Positions 39,130 through 51,099 of a DNA stretch of 64,000 bases are shown piece by piece. Both the position numbers and the translations under genes were made by a program. The notes beneath the pieces are model-generated. The model saw nothing but the letters and a program-made list of their open reading frames with translations, did no database searches and had not been told where the DNA came from. Each line of letters opens with the position of its first letter. Positions within the stretch are counted from its first letter, which is position 1. This stretch comes from Carcharhinus longimanus (Eukaryota), in contig JASCQW010000122.1 of the NCBI GenBank assembly GCA_030264375.1, forward strand, positions 27,859,642-27,923,641, read 5' to 3'.

Positions 39130-39570
39130 CAGGGATCAGTTGATAATACTTTTATGAGTCAAAAAGTTGTGGGTTCAAGTTCCACTCCAGGACTTAAGCA
39201 CAAAAATCAAGCTTACGTTCCACTGCAGTACTGAGACTATGCAACACTATTGTGAATGCCATTTTTCAGTGAGAAGGTCCCTTTTAGTCTGTCAGATGGA
39301 CATAAAAGATCCCGTGACACTATTTAGAAAAGGAACAGGGGAGTTATCTGCAGTGTTCTGGACAATATTTATCCCTAAATCAGCATCACTACAACAGATT
39401 ACTTGGTCATCATCACATTACTGTTTGTGGGAGTTTGCTGTGCATAAATTGGCAGCTGTGTTTCCTACTTTACAATAGTGACACACTTCCAAAGTACTTC
39501 ATTGGCTGTGATGCACTTTGGGATGTTCTGTGGTGGTAAGAGGAACTATACAAATGCAATTCTTTCTTAA
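39130..39570 (+). mobile_element. DeuSINE (SacSINE1/AmnSINE1-related)
   Basis: GTGGGTTCAAGTTCCACTCCAG B-box, Deu domain GATGGACATAAAAGATCCCGTGACACTATTT...AATATTTATCCCT, and an L2-like tail TATACAAATGCAATTCTTTCTT. Confidence 0.85.
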
Positions 39571-39794
39571 ACCTGGCCTGGGAGTGCTTGATTCTGATGT
39601 TGATTAACATTCCCTAGGATTGACAGCTTATGCTGTGATAAGTGCACAATTTGATTGCTGATACTTTCTATAACAGACCTTGCACATGTCCCATAAGTTA
39701 TGATAGTTCCATGCAAGTTATTTTGGTAGATCTTTTAGACTGTTGAATAGTAACCGTTAAAAGTTTTCCTTATATGGACCTTATGCTTTTGCAG

Positions 39795-39839
39795 CCATGA
39801 CCTCTATAAATCAACATTTGAATAACATTACACTTACCG
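39795..39839 (+). CDS. Candidate 45-nt exon (MTSINQHLNNITLT)
   Basis: TTATGCTTTTGCAG acceptor and CCG|GTAAGT donor. Only one frame is open and it is phase 1-1. Confidence 0.3.
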
Positions 39840-41492
39840 GTAAGTATTTTGGCTTCAAAATGCTATGGTAATGAGTTGAAAAGGAAACCACCTCATATAT
39901 CAACATTATATCAGTTAAGCATGCAGTGTTTTCTGTCAGTTCTTTAAAAGCCTCGTTAGATGGGTTAATTTTCATAAGCAGGCCAATCTATTTTTCNNNN
40001 NNNNNNNNNNNNNNNNNNNNNNNNNNNNNNNNNNNNNNNNNNNNNNNNNNNNNNNNNNNNNNNNNNNNNNNNNNNNNNNNNNNNNNNNNNNNNNNNAGCA
40101 GGCCAATCTATTTTTCAGCAGCTTTCTATAGCTTTTATGGTTTCTAAGATTTTGTGATCTATTTCCTTTCTCAGCTAAAAGAAAAAGAACACTAAGGCAC
40201 CAGAACTTAGTTTGTACAATAAAGGACAAACAAATAAACAGATTTGGGGCTACAAGTTTTGGAAATTGTTTGAGTTTGACCATAGAAAGAAGTTAATTAT
40301 TCAATATATCTGATGCAAAACCTGTTGTATGTAATTTACTATTATAGTAATCACTACTGCCATTTACAGACTATAAGATGAAAAACAACCAGCTTGAAAC
40401 TTCCTGAAAAACTGAGTTATATTCAGGGTGAATCTGTATACTACATTTTTCATGGTATTGATGTTGTTTATTCAGGCCCATGACATTAGAAAGTACTTCG
40501 TTATAGCACACACTAGACTTGACAACTCCGTAGCATGGTATGTCATTGTCATCTTTTGCACTCTTTCTCTTGAACTGACAGAATCTCTATTCATCCAATA
40601 AACCCTTGGGCCATCATTCCTCTATAATGCAGTCAAGAGCAACCCATTAGTGAAACTATCACTGCATATAGAGAATGAGGCATGAGGTTACACCAGTCAT
40701 AACAATCAGTAAAAAGTTTGCTCTGATTCTCAAAATTATGCATAATAACTTGATCATGTTTCAGAGATTTCTGTCTGGAAGCTGCTTGACGGGGAACTCA
40801 ATCCAATGAAATGATATATTTCAATAATTTATCCACAAACACAACGCCTGCCAAGTGTTCTGAACACTGACTGCTATAGTCCGGAGATATACAGCATGTA
40901 ATATTGCACCTGATTAACTCTCCTCTTCACATTTTCCTGGCTCATTCTGAGTAATGTAAACTGCTTACAATAAGCCTGTAACTTTGCATCAAGATTCTGG
41001 TTCAGATTTTTATGTTAGAACTGGTATATTCGGTTCTTGGTTGATTAATTTACATCAATTTATAAAAATAGGATAAATCTTTAATCTAGTCCAACTGTGC
41101 TTAGCTGCCATCTTCTTAGCTGTATTTACGTCTTCAAGAATTTGGTTAAACTTGCTAACAAACGATGAAACAATGCCTTCTTCTGGAATTTCTTAATGCA
41201 GAAACATCCGGAAAGCCAAACATTGTAAAAAGTAATGCTTGCCCCCAAAGCATTAGTTGATTTATAGTTTCTATAGTTTGGTGACAGGATATCTACTCAA
41301 GTGCATATCTCGGGCTGCATTTTACAGGGGGCAGATTTCTCACCCCATTCCCCCACTTCCCAGAAAAAAAGTTGACTGAAAGCCACCTTTACCCCACAGA
41401 CATCATATACTGAAGTGGGCTAAATTATCTAACTTCCACCCCTCACTAGGAAGTACTGCCCTTGGGAGCTGGCATTGGCATCATGAGCTTAG

Positions 41493-41955
41493 TAGAATCA
41501 TAGAATCCCTAGATTACAGATGAAGGCCATTCATCCATCAAGTCTGTATTGACAACAATCTTACCCAGGCCTTATCCTGTAACACAGGGCTAACACACTA
41601 AGGGGCAATTTACCATGGACAATTCACTAACCTACACATCTTTGGACTGTGGGAAGAAACCAAAGCATCCAGAGGAAACCCCCGCAGGCATGGGGAGAAT
41701 GTGCAAATTCTACACAGACTGTCACCTGAGGCTGAATTCAACCCAGGCTTGGGTCACTGTCTGTGGGGAATCTGCACGTTCTCCCCACATCTGTGTGGGT
41801 TTCCTCCACGTGCTCTAGTTTCCTTCCGCAGTCTGAAAGACATGCTGGTTAGGCGCATTGGCCACACTAAATTCTCCCCCAGTGTTCCTGAACAGACATA
41901 CCGGAGTATGGCGACTAGGGGATTTTCACATTAACTTCATTGCAGTGTTAATGTA
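41493..41955. mobile_element. Two head-to-head V-SINE fragments from different subfamilies
   Basis: A minus-strand HE1 body (41493-41745) is joined near GAATTCAACCC to a plus-strand V-domain with a different tail (GGCGACTAGGGGATTTTCAC...TTCATTGCAGTG). Confidence 0.8.
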
Positions 41956-44351
41956 AAGTAACGTGACATTAAACATTAAAACTAATTGCCTCAATGTTCT
42001 TATTCATGAAAGAGCAACAAATCATAACTAAACAAGTAGGAATTCATCAATTAAAAGTAAATAAATGGAATTGGTGAATAAAGGGCAGTTGATTTGGTTA
42101 CATTCTCTGCCAGAAGTGAAAATTACTCTTTTATTGCAGTTATCGAATCATTATTTTGTCAATATCCTGGAATTCCCTACTTGTCACCATTGTAGGAGCA
42201 TCTTAAGAAGGATAGCTGTGGTTAGGGGATAGCACAGCACCACCCTGTCAGGGTCACCGAAATCGACAATAAACCTGGTATCGTAAATTTGTACACATCT
42301 GAAAGTAAATGGAAGAAATGCTGAAAAATGTGTATCATAGCAGTAATATCATTTTCCCACCATTTTATAAAACGTATTGATACAATTAGGAACACACAGG
42401 CACATATGGGCTGAGAGGCCTCCTTGTGAACAATCCGATTCCATGGCATGGTTGTAGATTGGAAGTGAGTTCTTTGCAAGCAGTGGGGGGAAGTGCTTTC
42501 GTGAGGTTGGGAATCTCAGAAGAAAGGGTTTCCCACATGTCCCATAGAATTTAACTGTAGGCTGGTTTAAATTTATCTTCACTGACAGTCAGATTTGGAT
42601 GATAAACCTATGCAGGGCTGAAGTCTATGAAACCAGGTGGATTGAGGAAGATTTTTGGGGGTTGTTGAGGGGAATCCAGATTGTGAGGCAAAAGCCCCGA
42701 TTGCAGGACATGGCTTTCTGAATGCCTGGAGGTTCCTGAATCATGAGAGATGGTTCAAATTGCAGGGCTGATGTTCCCAATTACTTGGAGTGGCCAGTAG
42801 TGATTGACAATCCCAATCACAATGGAGGGTCGTATGGTGGTCTTGGGGGTCCTGATTTTGCTGAAGTGGGTGGGAGCAGTCAGATTTGGGGATTGAACAG
42901 GACATTGGGGGTGAGGTGGTTTATTGGATAGCATATTGAGTCTGGAGGAAGTAATCTTGCTCTTCCTGACCCACAAGCAGTGCTCTAAACACAATGGGTA
43001 TTTAGCCTTTCCCACCTTTAAGCTGCTCCTTGGGCTTGGTAAACCTGTCCACATGTAATTAAAAATAGAATGACTACTCAGGCAACAGCCTCACTGTAAT
43101 AGTTAAGTGAGCAAAATCCTTCCTGTTAGAGAACTGGTTGTCCTCTCCTCTAATCTGCGGTAAAGCTAAAAGTGGGTGGGAATCAGTTACTGGTCCAGTT
43201 TTTTGGCATTTGAAATTCTGGTGAAACCTCAATCCACCAATATTCAGCCCTATGATTCTAAATAACTTTGCTCAAGCTTTCTCCAAGCCTGTTGTTCTTG
43301 GTTATTTAAGTAATGCATGTTTTGTTCACTTGAGGCATTTTCTGGATTTATTAATGTGCAGCTATTTTTATCTGTTTGTTCTTCTCTCCTTCCTCATCAA
43401 CTTCCCCGTCAGTTACTTACATGATCCGAAATGATGTCATCCTCTCTCCATCTTCACGTAGTGTAGCACTGCAGTAGAGAAGTTTTTCTCATCATCAAGT
43501 CAGTGATGATTAGCACATTGAATTATTGGTTGTTCACTGTGGTGCCAGCCTGACTGACTCAGGCTGCAGTGTTTGAGCTCAGCATCAAATTGTATCATAA
43601 ACATGCCCACTCCCACTTCCAGCTTCTGCACAAACACCACCCACACTCAGCGACTGATAAAAAGCCCTATTCTAATCAGTAACTTCAGTTCTGAATTTTT
43701 AATTAATAGCAAACTCAACAAAATATTCAAAAAAGTAAGTATTTTTACCCATCACTTTTACCTTATGGTTACACAGGTTCTGGTACTCTCTGATTATTGA
43801 GGCTCCATAGGACAAGGTGAAAACTCTTTACTCCCCAGATGGACATCTTTTGTTTGCAAAATTTGTCAGCAGAGTTTATGTGAAAAATTAGATTTTTTTA
43901 TTTTGCTATTTTTTCTTGTGTAAATCTTCTGCCTATTTATTCTGGGAAGAATATAAGTATGGTTCACTCTGGATGTTATTGCTCAATGACGAAAGGATGA
44001 AAACTACTACTGTGTTGCACGTCCCTCTTTCTCTCAATGAAAACAGACAAAAACTCACAGAATGTGTCAGCAGGAGCTAAAATTTCTTGTTTCAGCTGCA
44101 ACACTATCCATAGGAATGGCTAAATATCAACATCTATGTTGATAATTTTCCATTTTCAAATATTTCTAACATTTCTAATTCAAAAATAATTGTGATATAG
44201 AGTTTCTAACAATCATTATTGTGTCATTTCTGCTTCCTAAATGTACAAACAGTAGATAGAGCACAACTTCATTTTTGAAGATAATAAAATATATTTTAAT
44301 TATGTGAAAAATTGGGAAAAGTATATTTTTTATTTTCAACCTTGTAGGTAT

Positions 44352-44487
44352 TGGCTGGAATTCTCTGGCAGTTCACGCCCCACTGCTGCTGCCAGCAAGA
44401 ACAGAGAATTTGGCGTTCAGCCAAATCTCCACTCCCAGCAGTAGGACTAGAGAATCCCAGCAGTGAACAAGGTCAGGAATCCAGCCC
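44352..44487. mobile_element. Short MITE (Harbinger-like termini)
   Basis: GGCTGGAATTCT ... AGGAATCCAGCC imperfect terminal inverted repeats. Confidence 0.55.
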
Positions 44488-44984
44488 TTTATGTCATGTC
44501 AATGAAGCACCGTGTATTAGACTTCTGTTCCTGCAATTCCTGTACTAAAGGATTCTGAATTGATTCTTCCACAGGATGTGAGTAGTGAATCATGTTCCAC
44601 TGTTCTCTCACTCTTGTGAAGTTGGGAAGGTGCAGTTCATATCTATGAGTTTTACACCAGTGATAGCCTCAATGATAGATAAGAGATGAAAAGAGAACCA
44701 GCTCTTCTCAAATATTGAATTGAGTACAGTGTGGATTTACAGTTAGTGGGGCCCCATGCCCTGCTTCATTTTATTGCCACCCCCCTCACTTTCCCCTAGC
44801 TGGAACAAATTTTTTCCTTTCCTCTCCTCCAGGATTACACCTCCTGCCACCCCCATGCAGTCTTGACTTTCCTGGCCTTTATCTCCTACATTTATCACCA
44901 TTCTGACCAGCTCCAATTATTCCTACCATTTTGCTCCATCCTGCTGTATGATTACTGTTTGGGGACCTGTGCACAGCTCCCGCC

Positions 44985-45348
44985 TATAAAGGGTAAACNN
45001 NNNNNNNNNNNNNNNNNNNNNNNNNNNNNNNNNNNNNNNNNNNNNNNNNNNNNNNNNNNNNNNNNNNNNNNNNNNNNNNNNNNNNNNNNNNNNNNNNNTG
45101 AGGTAAGGAGAAATTTCTTCACCCAGAGGGTGGTGAACATATGGAATTCACTACCACAGGATGTAGTTGAGGCTAAAATGTTATATGATTTCAAGAAGAA
45201 ATTAGATATAGCTCTTGGAGCTAAAGGGATTAAGGGATATGGGGAGAAGGAGGGATCAGGATATTGAATTCAATGATCAGTCATGAACAAAATAAATGGC
45301 AGAGCAGGCTCGAAAGGCCGAATGGCCTGCTCCTGCTTCTAGTTTCTG
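44985..45348 (+). mobile_element. CR1/HER1 3' end (gapped)
   Basis: EVRRNFFTQRVVNIWNSLPQDVVEAK plus the characteristic tail. Confidence 0.9.
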
Positions 45349-45349
45349 T

Positions 45350-46630
45350 AAGTGACTTCTTTAACTATTTCCCATCTTTACCCAAACCATTTCCACATCC
45401 TGGCTTCCTGAACTTAGGTCATCGTTCTCTATTGAGCTAATGTCATCATTAACTAACAGGATCCCCTTCCACCTTTCTTCATTTCCTGCCCTTCCTAAAC
45501 ATCCTGTAGCCATCAATATTCACATCCCAGTGCATTTCCTCCCGCAGTCGTGTCTCCATAATGGCTACCAAATCACACTTATTTATTTCGATGTTCATTC
45601 TCAGTTTGTCTGTTTTGTTTCAGATACAACATGCATTCAAATACAGAGCTTTTAGTGTTATTCTCTTTATAATCTCTAGTCTTATCCTTGGATTTACTGT
45701 TAGATTTGTACTCTCTATCTCTCCCTGCCATGGTCTGTTTTTCTTTTCCCGCAACAATACCTTTCTCTTTTGCTTGTCTCTGCTCTTTCATTTTTACATC
45801 TTCCCAAACTTGATCCCGAGTCCCCACTATTTAGTTTAAAATCCTCTCTACTTCCCTAGCTATGCCCCAGCATGATTTGGGTGTTAATGATCCCAATGGT
45901 AAAAGTCTCAATTTCCCCAGTACGAGTGCCAGTGCCTCATGAACCAGAGCCCTCTTGCCCCACATCAGTCTTTGAGCCATGCATTTGCCTCTCTAATTAG
46001 ATTTGCCTAATGTCAATTTGCATTTGGCTCAGCTAATAATTCCAAAATAATGACTTTTTGAAACTCTGCTTCTTAATTTGGTGCCAAGCACCTCATACTG
46101 ACTATGCAGAACCTCATTCTTTGTCCTGCTTATGTCATTGGTACCTACAGGGACCATGACAACTGAATCTTCCCTTTCTATTGCAAGTTCCTCTCCAGCC
46201 CAGAGTAAGTACTCCAAACCTAGCTCTGGGCAGGCATCATGGACATCACAACTCATGCTCTTTGCTGCAGAGATCAGTATCAATCCCTCTGACAGTTTTA
46301 TCTGCTATTACCACTACATTTCATTTTGCTCCCTCAACTTGAATGGCTTCCTGTACTAGTTCGCTCTTTCAGCGTTCAGCCCCAACTTTATCCAAATCTG
46401 CTGGACATTGTAAAAGCTAAGGCTCCTCTGCTCCTGACTTCTCAGTCTCCTTGCCTGCCTTACTCACACTCTCCTCTCCCTGACCACTGACCAAAGCAGA
46501 AGACCCTGTCCTCAGAGGTGTGACTGTCTCCTGGTACAAAAAATCCAGGTACATTCCCCTTCTCTGATGCATCACAGTTCAGTCTTCAGCTCATAAACTC
46601 TGAGCTGAAGCTGCTTGATCTTCTAACAAT
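45350..46630 (-). mobile_element. CR1 5' region (ORF1 esterase and start of endonuclease)
   Basis: EREDSVVMVPVGTNDISRTKNEVL...LGTKLRSR; WFMRHWHSYWG; VAIMETRL. Confidence 0.8.
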
Positions 46631-46729
46631 TGTCCTGTGTTAGGGAGAAAAAGAAACAGCTATTCGCCAAGAGTGTACTTCACTCTCACTCTTGAGAAAA
46701 CCAGATAAAGCTTCTTAGAGTTTCAGAAC

Positions 46730-47006
46730 TGTAATATGTGCTGTGTAATGACTTCAATTAGGCCATTGAGGTTGGCCTATTGGAATATGAACTCCCTGAT
46801 TAAGGAGTCCAGGATAAGAGTTCCCTGACTAAGGAGTTAATTCATGGGCCAATCAGGAAGTCTTTTCCTTATATTTAACCGGGAGAGTCAGTCCCTCTGG
46901 CACTCCCGAAGGTAGACTGCTGACTGATAGCACTCTTGTACTACTGTTGGAATTGTAAATAAAGGGATTTTGTTGAAGGGACTTATGCCTCTGAAGACTT
47001 ATTACA
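46730..47006 (+). mobile_element. Solo LTR
   Basis: Perfect 7-bp inverted termini TGTAATA...TATTACA. Internal CCAAT (GGCCAATCAG), TATA-like TATATTTAA and AATAAA occur in promoter-to-polyA order. Confidence 0.7.
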
Positions 47007-47714
47007 GGCTAGCCCCAGTGATTCACCAGGGAGAGCCCCTATCCAGAATTATACAGACATTTATAGTTAAGATCCATTTATAAAAAATAAACATATACCA
47101 ATCAAAGATGTACATTTACATAAGTATTATCTCGATATCCACTCAACATCATGTAAAACATGAGGTATAGTTGTCCAATTACAACTTGTGCACATCTACC
47201 TAATTATATCACCAAGTACGTATTTCATTCTGCACAATTATGAAGTTATCTTTTTAACCAGTTGTATATCAACTCCCCTGAGCCAATGTCTCCATTTAGA
47301 ACAGACACTAGAAGCTGCAGCTGCACATAATTCAATGGCAGTCTTGTATGTATGCTATAAGACTGAGTACTCCCTTGTAACTAGGAGTTTTATGGTCCTT
47401 TACGCTTACCTGGGTCTGCTTTAATCAAGGTATGTTGTTTTCTCATAGCTTTCCCTATGTGGACTGAATCTAGCAGCTTTCAGCTTATGTGATTTTTAAC
47501 CCTCTCCACCTGGATCAAACTGACATCCAGGAGCTGCCACATGCTGCAAATGTGACGTATCAACTGTCCTGCCATCCTTAATGTGTTCTAATAAGTATTC
47601 AATCATTTTATTCAATTATCTACTTCACTTTTGCTTTTATGTATTTTATTAACCTTATCATCAGTTGCTAGATTTTTGAACCTTAGGAATAGACTAAACT
47701 GTAGTCACAAAGAC

Positions 47715-48160
47715 AGACGGGAATGTGTGTTGTGAGAAAGATGTAAAGCGGCTACAGGAGGATTTAGAAAGACTTAAGGATTTAATGCGTGGGTAAGAAC
47801 ATGGCAGATAGAATATAATGTGAAAAAAATGAGATAATCTAATTTGGTAGAAATGGTAAGAAATTAAAAAGGGCAGATATACAAAGAGACGTGGGTGTCC
47901 TCGTCCACAAGTTACTAAAGGCTGACATGCAGGTGCAGCAAGCTATTAGGAAGGCTAATGGAATGTTAATCTTCATTGCAAAACGATTTGAGTACAAGAG
48001 TAATGAGGCCTTGCTTCAGAGAATCTGGGTTAGGCTGCAAGTACTTAGAGTACTGTGTGTGGTTTTTGTCCCCTTACCTCAGGAAGGATATTACTGCCTG
48101 AGACGGGGGCAACAAAGGTTCACCAGATTGTTCTATAATTGGCAGAACTGTCTTTGAAGA
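47715..48160 (+). mobile_element. CR1 ORF2 C-terminal fragment
   Basis: QRDVGVLVHKLLKADMQVQQAIRKANGMLIFIAKRFEYKS. Confidence 0.85.
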
Positions 48161-48719
48161 GAGACGTCCCTGACTGTCATGGTGACTGGTGAGCCACATG
48201 TCAGTCCACAGTTGACTCCCACTATGCCAGGGTCAGCCCATCCTTCGTCAACCAGAGGACCCAAATCTTCCCTGGGAAGAAGGCATAACTGTCAGCAGCT
48301 TGTTTCCACCCTAACTGGCAATGAGAAGGAAGGACTACGCTGCAGCACCCAGAAAACAATCAAGAAAACATTAGTCAAGTTTTTTTATTTGTAAGATTTG
48401 GACATTGATATGAGTTGTGTATATAAATAATTGTCATTTTCCAATTACTTCATTATGTCTGTGTGAATGTATGAATATAGATTTGTTTGATGCTCTTATG
48501 TGATTATGTTCATCCTTCTGACTGATGTTTTTTGGCTAAGTAACATTGCCAATACTCAATACTGGTATCCATGTTATGAGTATAGCAGAAAAGGTGCTGA
48601 TGACCATGAAGGTGATATTAAGTTGAAGAAACTCAGCTAATGGAATTTTATGATGATCAGAGCTTCTTGTGTGTCACATGCATCCAAACCCTCCCTGGGA
48701 TTGGTTTCAACAGTTGCAT

Positions 48720-49650
48720 GCTGTAGCTTATATTCTTCTTTCTCATTGGAGGTCTAGCCTACCCCCTAAATTCCTCCCCGATAGGTTTTCTCCTCTCTAG
48801 AGAACCAATAATGCAGTACGCAACAGATTATGGTCATGAGGGAGATTCTAGCTGTTGCATACTGGAGCAATCCACCTGATCTATCAAGGCATCAGTACCT
48901 CACCTTGAGCAAAGCAGTGGTCTGCTCAGTGATTGTCCTAGTCACTGCATGGCTTTTATTGTAATGATGCTCAGGCTCTACCTTGTACTCTGTACTGTAG
49001 TCATCAGCTATTTCTTCAGGGGTTAGCCTTTGTCTCTGAATAATCATTCATCCAAAGCATCCTGCCCTATAAACATCCCTGAGAGTGCCTGAGGATATAT
49101 CCATGATGGTTTGCATACACATGTATGATTCTTTTATTTGTTCACACATAATCTGCACACTTATGTAGTGGTGTCCCTTGTAGTTGATGAAAGCCCCAAT
49201 CTTCTCTGCCAGTGCAATGATAACTAAATGGGTACATTCACTGACCTCTTGTACCCTTGGGAAACCAGCCATGGATATATCGCATCTGACTCTTCCACTT
49301 GACTATTGGTGTCTGTTGTAAAAGGAAAGATGTGGATGTGCATATCCAAATATGGCATCAGTGAAGATCTTTATACATGGATGTCTTGCAGGCTGGATGA
49401 ATGCAATGAAGTCTCCACAAGTGGAGTAAGCTGAAGGCAAAGATGTTTAAGGCAACTGTCATTTTTAAGGTCACAAGCATCAGGTGGCCACTCACAAAAT
49501 TGAAGGCTATCTTAGTCTCCAGTATGTCACATAGGGATGTGATAGTTTCTTCTAAAAGGCGAAGTCTCTGGAGACACTGCTGCTTCATTATCTGCAGGTA
49601 TGATATTCAGATTCTGTAAATCTGGTTAGCAGGGTTCAGCCTTCATCTGC
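48720..49650 (-). pseudogene. Harbinger/HARBI1-like transposase fossil
   Basis: MKQQCLQRLRLLEETITSLC...LKMTVALNIFA; MAGFPRVQEVSECTHL...FINYKGHHYISVQIMCE; YNKSHAVTRTITEQTTALLKVRY*CLDRSGGLLQY. Confidence 0.88.
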
Positions 49651-50278
49651 TATGTCTGTGGGTTCCCTGCCACTGCCTTCATGCAACTCATATCACCATG
49701 CCCAGTTGGCTTCATGCTTCACCATCTCCTCGTCCGCTCTTCCTCAGTGGAGGAGGTGCCTCCCACAGAATACCGATGAGGGGGCACCATTTCACACAAC
49801 AAATGGTGCAGTGCTCAAAGATGACCACAGCACCAACTTTTTGGACCCTCCCATAAGGAAAAGCCCTGGATCTGATCAGAAGTTTATTGAACAGCAACAT
49901 TTTTCCAAATAATTAACTTTTAGAGCCTCTCCCATTAAAGTCAGACATAGATTATCCACTCTTATATTCACTTTCTCATCAATCACTGAACAAAAAACAT
50001 GATTTCCACTGGTCATAATTCCCATGCATCCACTTTATTATAGCATGGCAATGTTTTAAGGCAGTCAGTTGGCTGTTTAGTACCTTAATTAGGGTTTAAG
50101 TACTAACTGTAAAATGGTGGATGGGCTACTGATTTCAGAGCCCGACCACCTACCACATTATTGCAATTGTAACCTGACATCATCATGTCAGATTTGTTTC
50201 TGCAGGATCAAGGCAATGCCACTTTGGTCATGTAAAACTCCCCCCGTAGTTGCTGCTGTAAGTTCAGAAATGCCATAA

Positions 50279-50396
50279 TATAAAAGCAAAATACCACGGA
50301 TGCTCCGATGAAGGGTCATTCAAACTCAAAACATTGGCTCTATTCTGTCTCCACAGTTGCTGTCAGACTTGCTGAGATTTTCCAGTGCTTTTCTGT
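50279..50396 (+). mobile_element. Short Penelope-derived insertion with a decayed hammerhead and 16-bp TSD
   Basis: TTCAGAAATGCCATAA at 50263-50278 and 50397-50412; internal CCGATGA A GGGTCATTCAAACTC AAAA CATT. Confidence 0.75.
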
Positions 50397-50774
50397 TTCA
50401 GAAATGCCATAACTATGTACAGCAAGGGCTCACATGAAGTAATTAGATAATGTCTAATTATGCTTTAGTTGTAAAATAAATTGAAATTATAACTTGTGCG
50501 TCTATGATGTAAAACCAGATGTCCTCCCCTGAATTGCTCGTGGTAAATTGGATTATATGTTGTTTTAATGTCATGTTATATTATGTAACGTGCAATGTAA
50601 TCTGCTGCGAAGGTTGATCTGTGTTTATCCTGGCACGTTCCTTCAAACTTACAAAGCTTCATTGCTCCAAACATTTTGAAGTCACTTATATTCATTGATG
50701 TCGAGGGAAATTTATAGATCAGTAAATATTTATAAATGCTCAATTTCAGATTAGGTAAAAAAAAACTGCATGAA

Positions 50775-51060
50775 AGTTAAAGTTTATTTATCAGTCACAA
50801 GTAAGGCTTACCTTACATTGCAATGAAGTTACTGTGAAATTCCTGTACTTGTCATATTCCAGTGCCTGTTCGGATCAGCGCACGTAACCAGCACGTCTTT
50901 CGGACTGTGAAAGGAAACTGGAGCACCCAGAGGAAACCCTGGGTATACAGACATGGGGAGAACATGCAGACTCCACACAGACAGTGACCCAAGCCAGGAA
51001 TTGAACCTGGGTCCCTGGCGCTGTGAGACATCAGTGTTAACCACTGTGCCATCATGCTGC
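50775..51060 (-). mobile_element. V-SINE (second subfamily)
   Basis: Minus strand GGCAGCATGATGGCACAGTGGTTAACACTG...GGTTCAATTCC, V-domain and a TAAATAAACTTTAAC tail. Confidence 0.88.
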
Positions 51061-51099
51061 CTTTGTTTCTTTTTAATAATTCTGATGGACAATGAAAGT

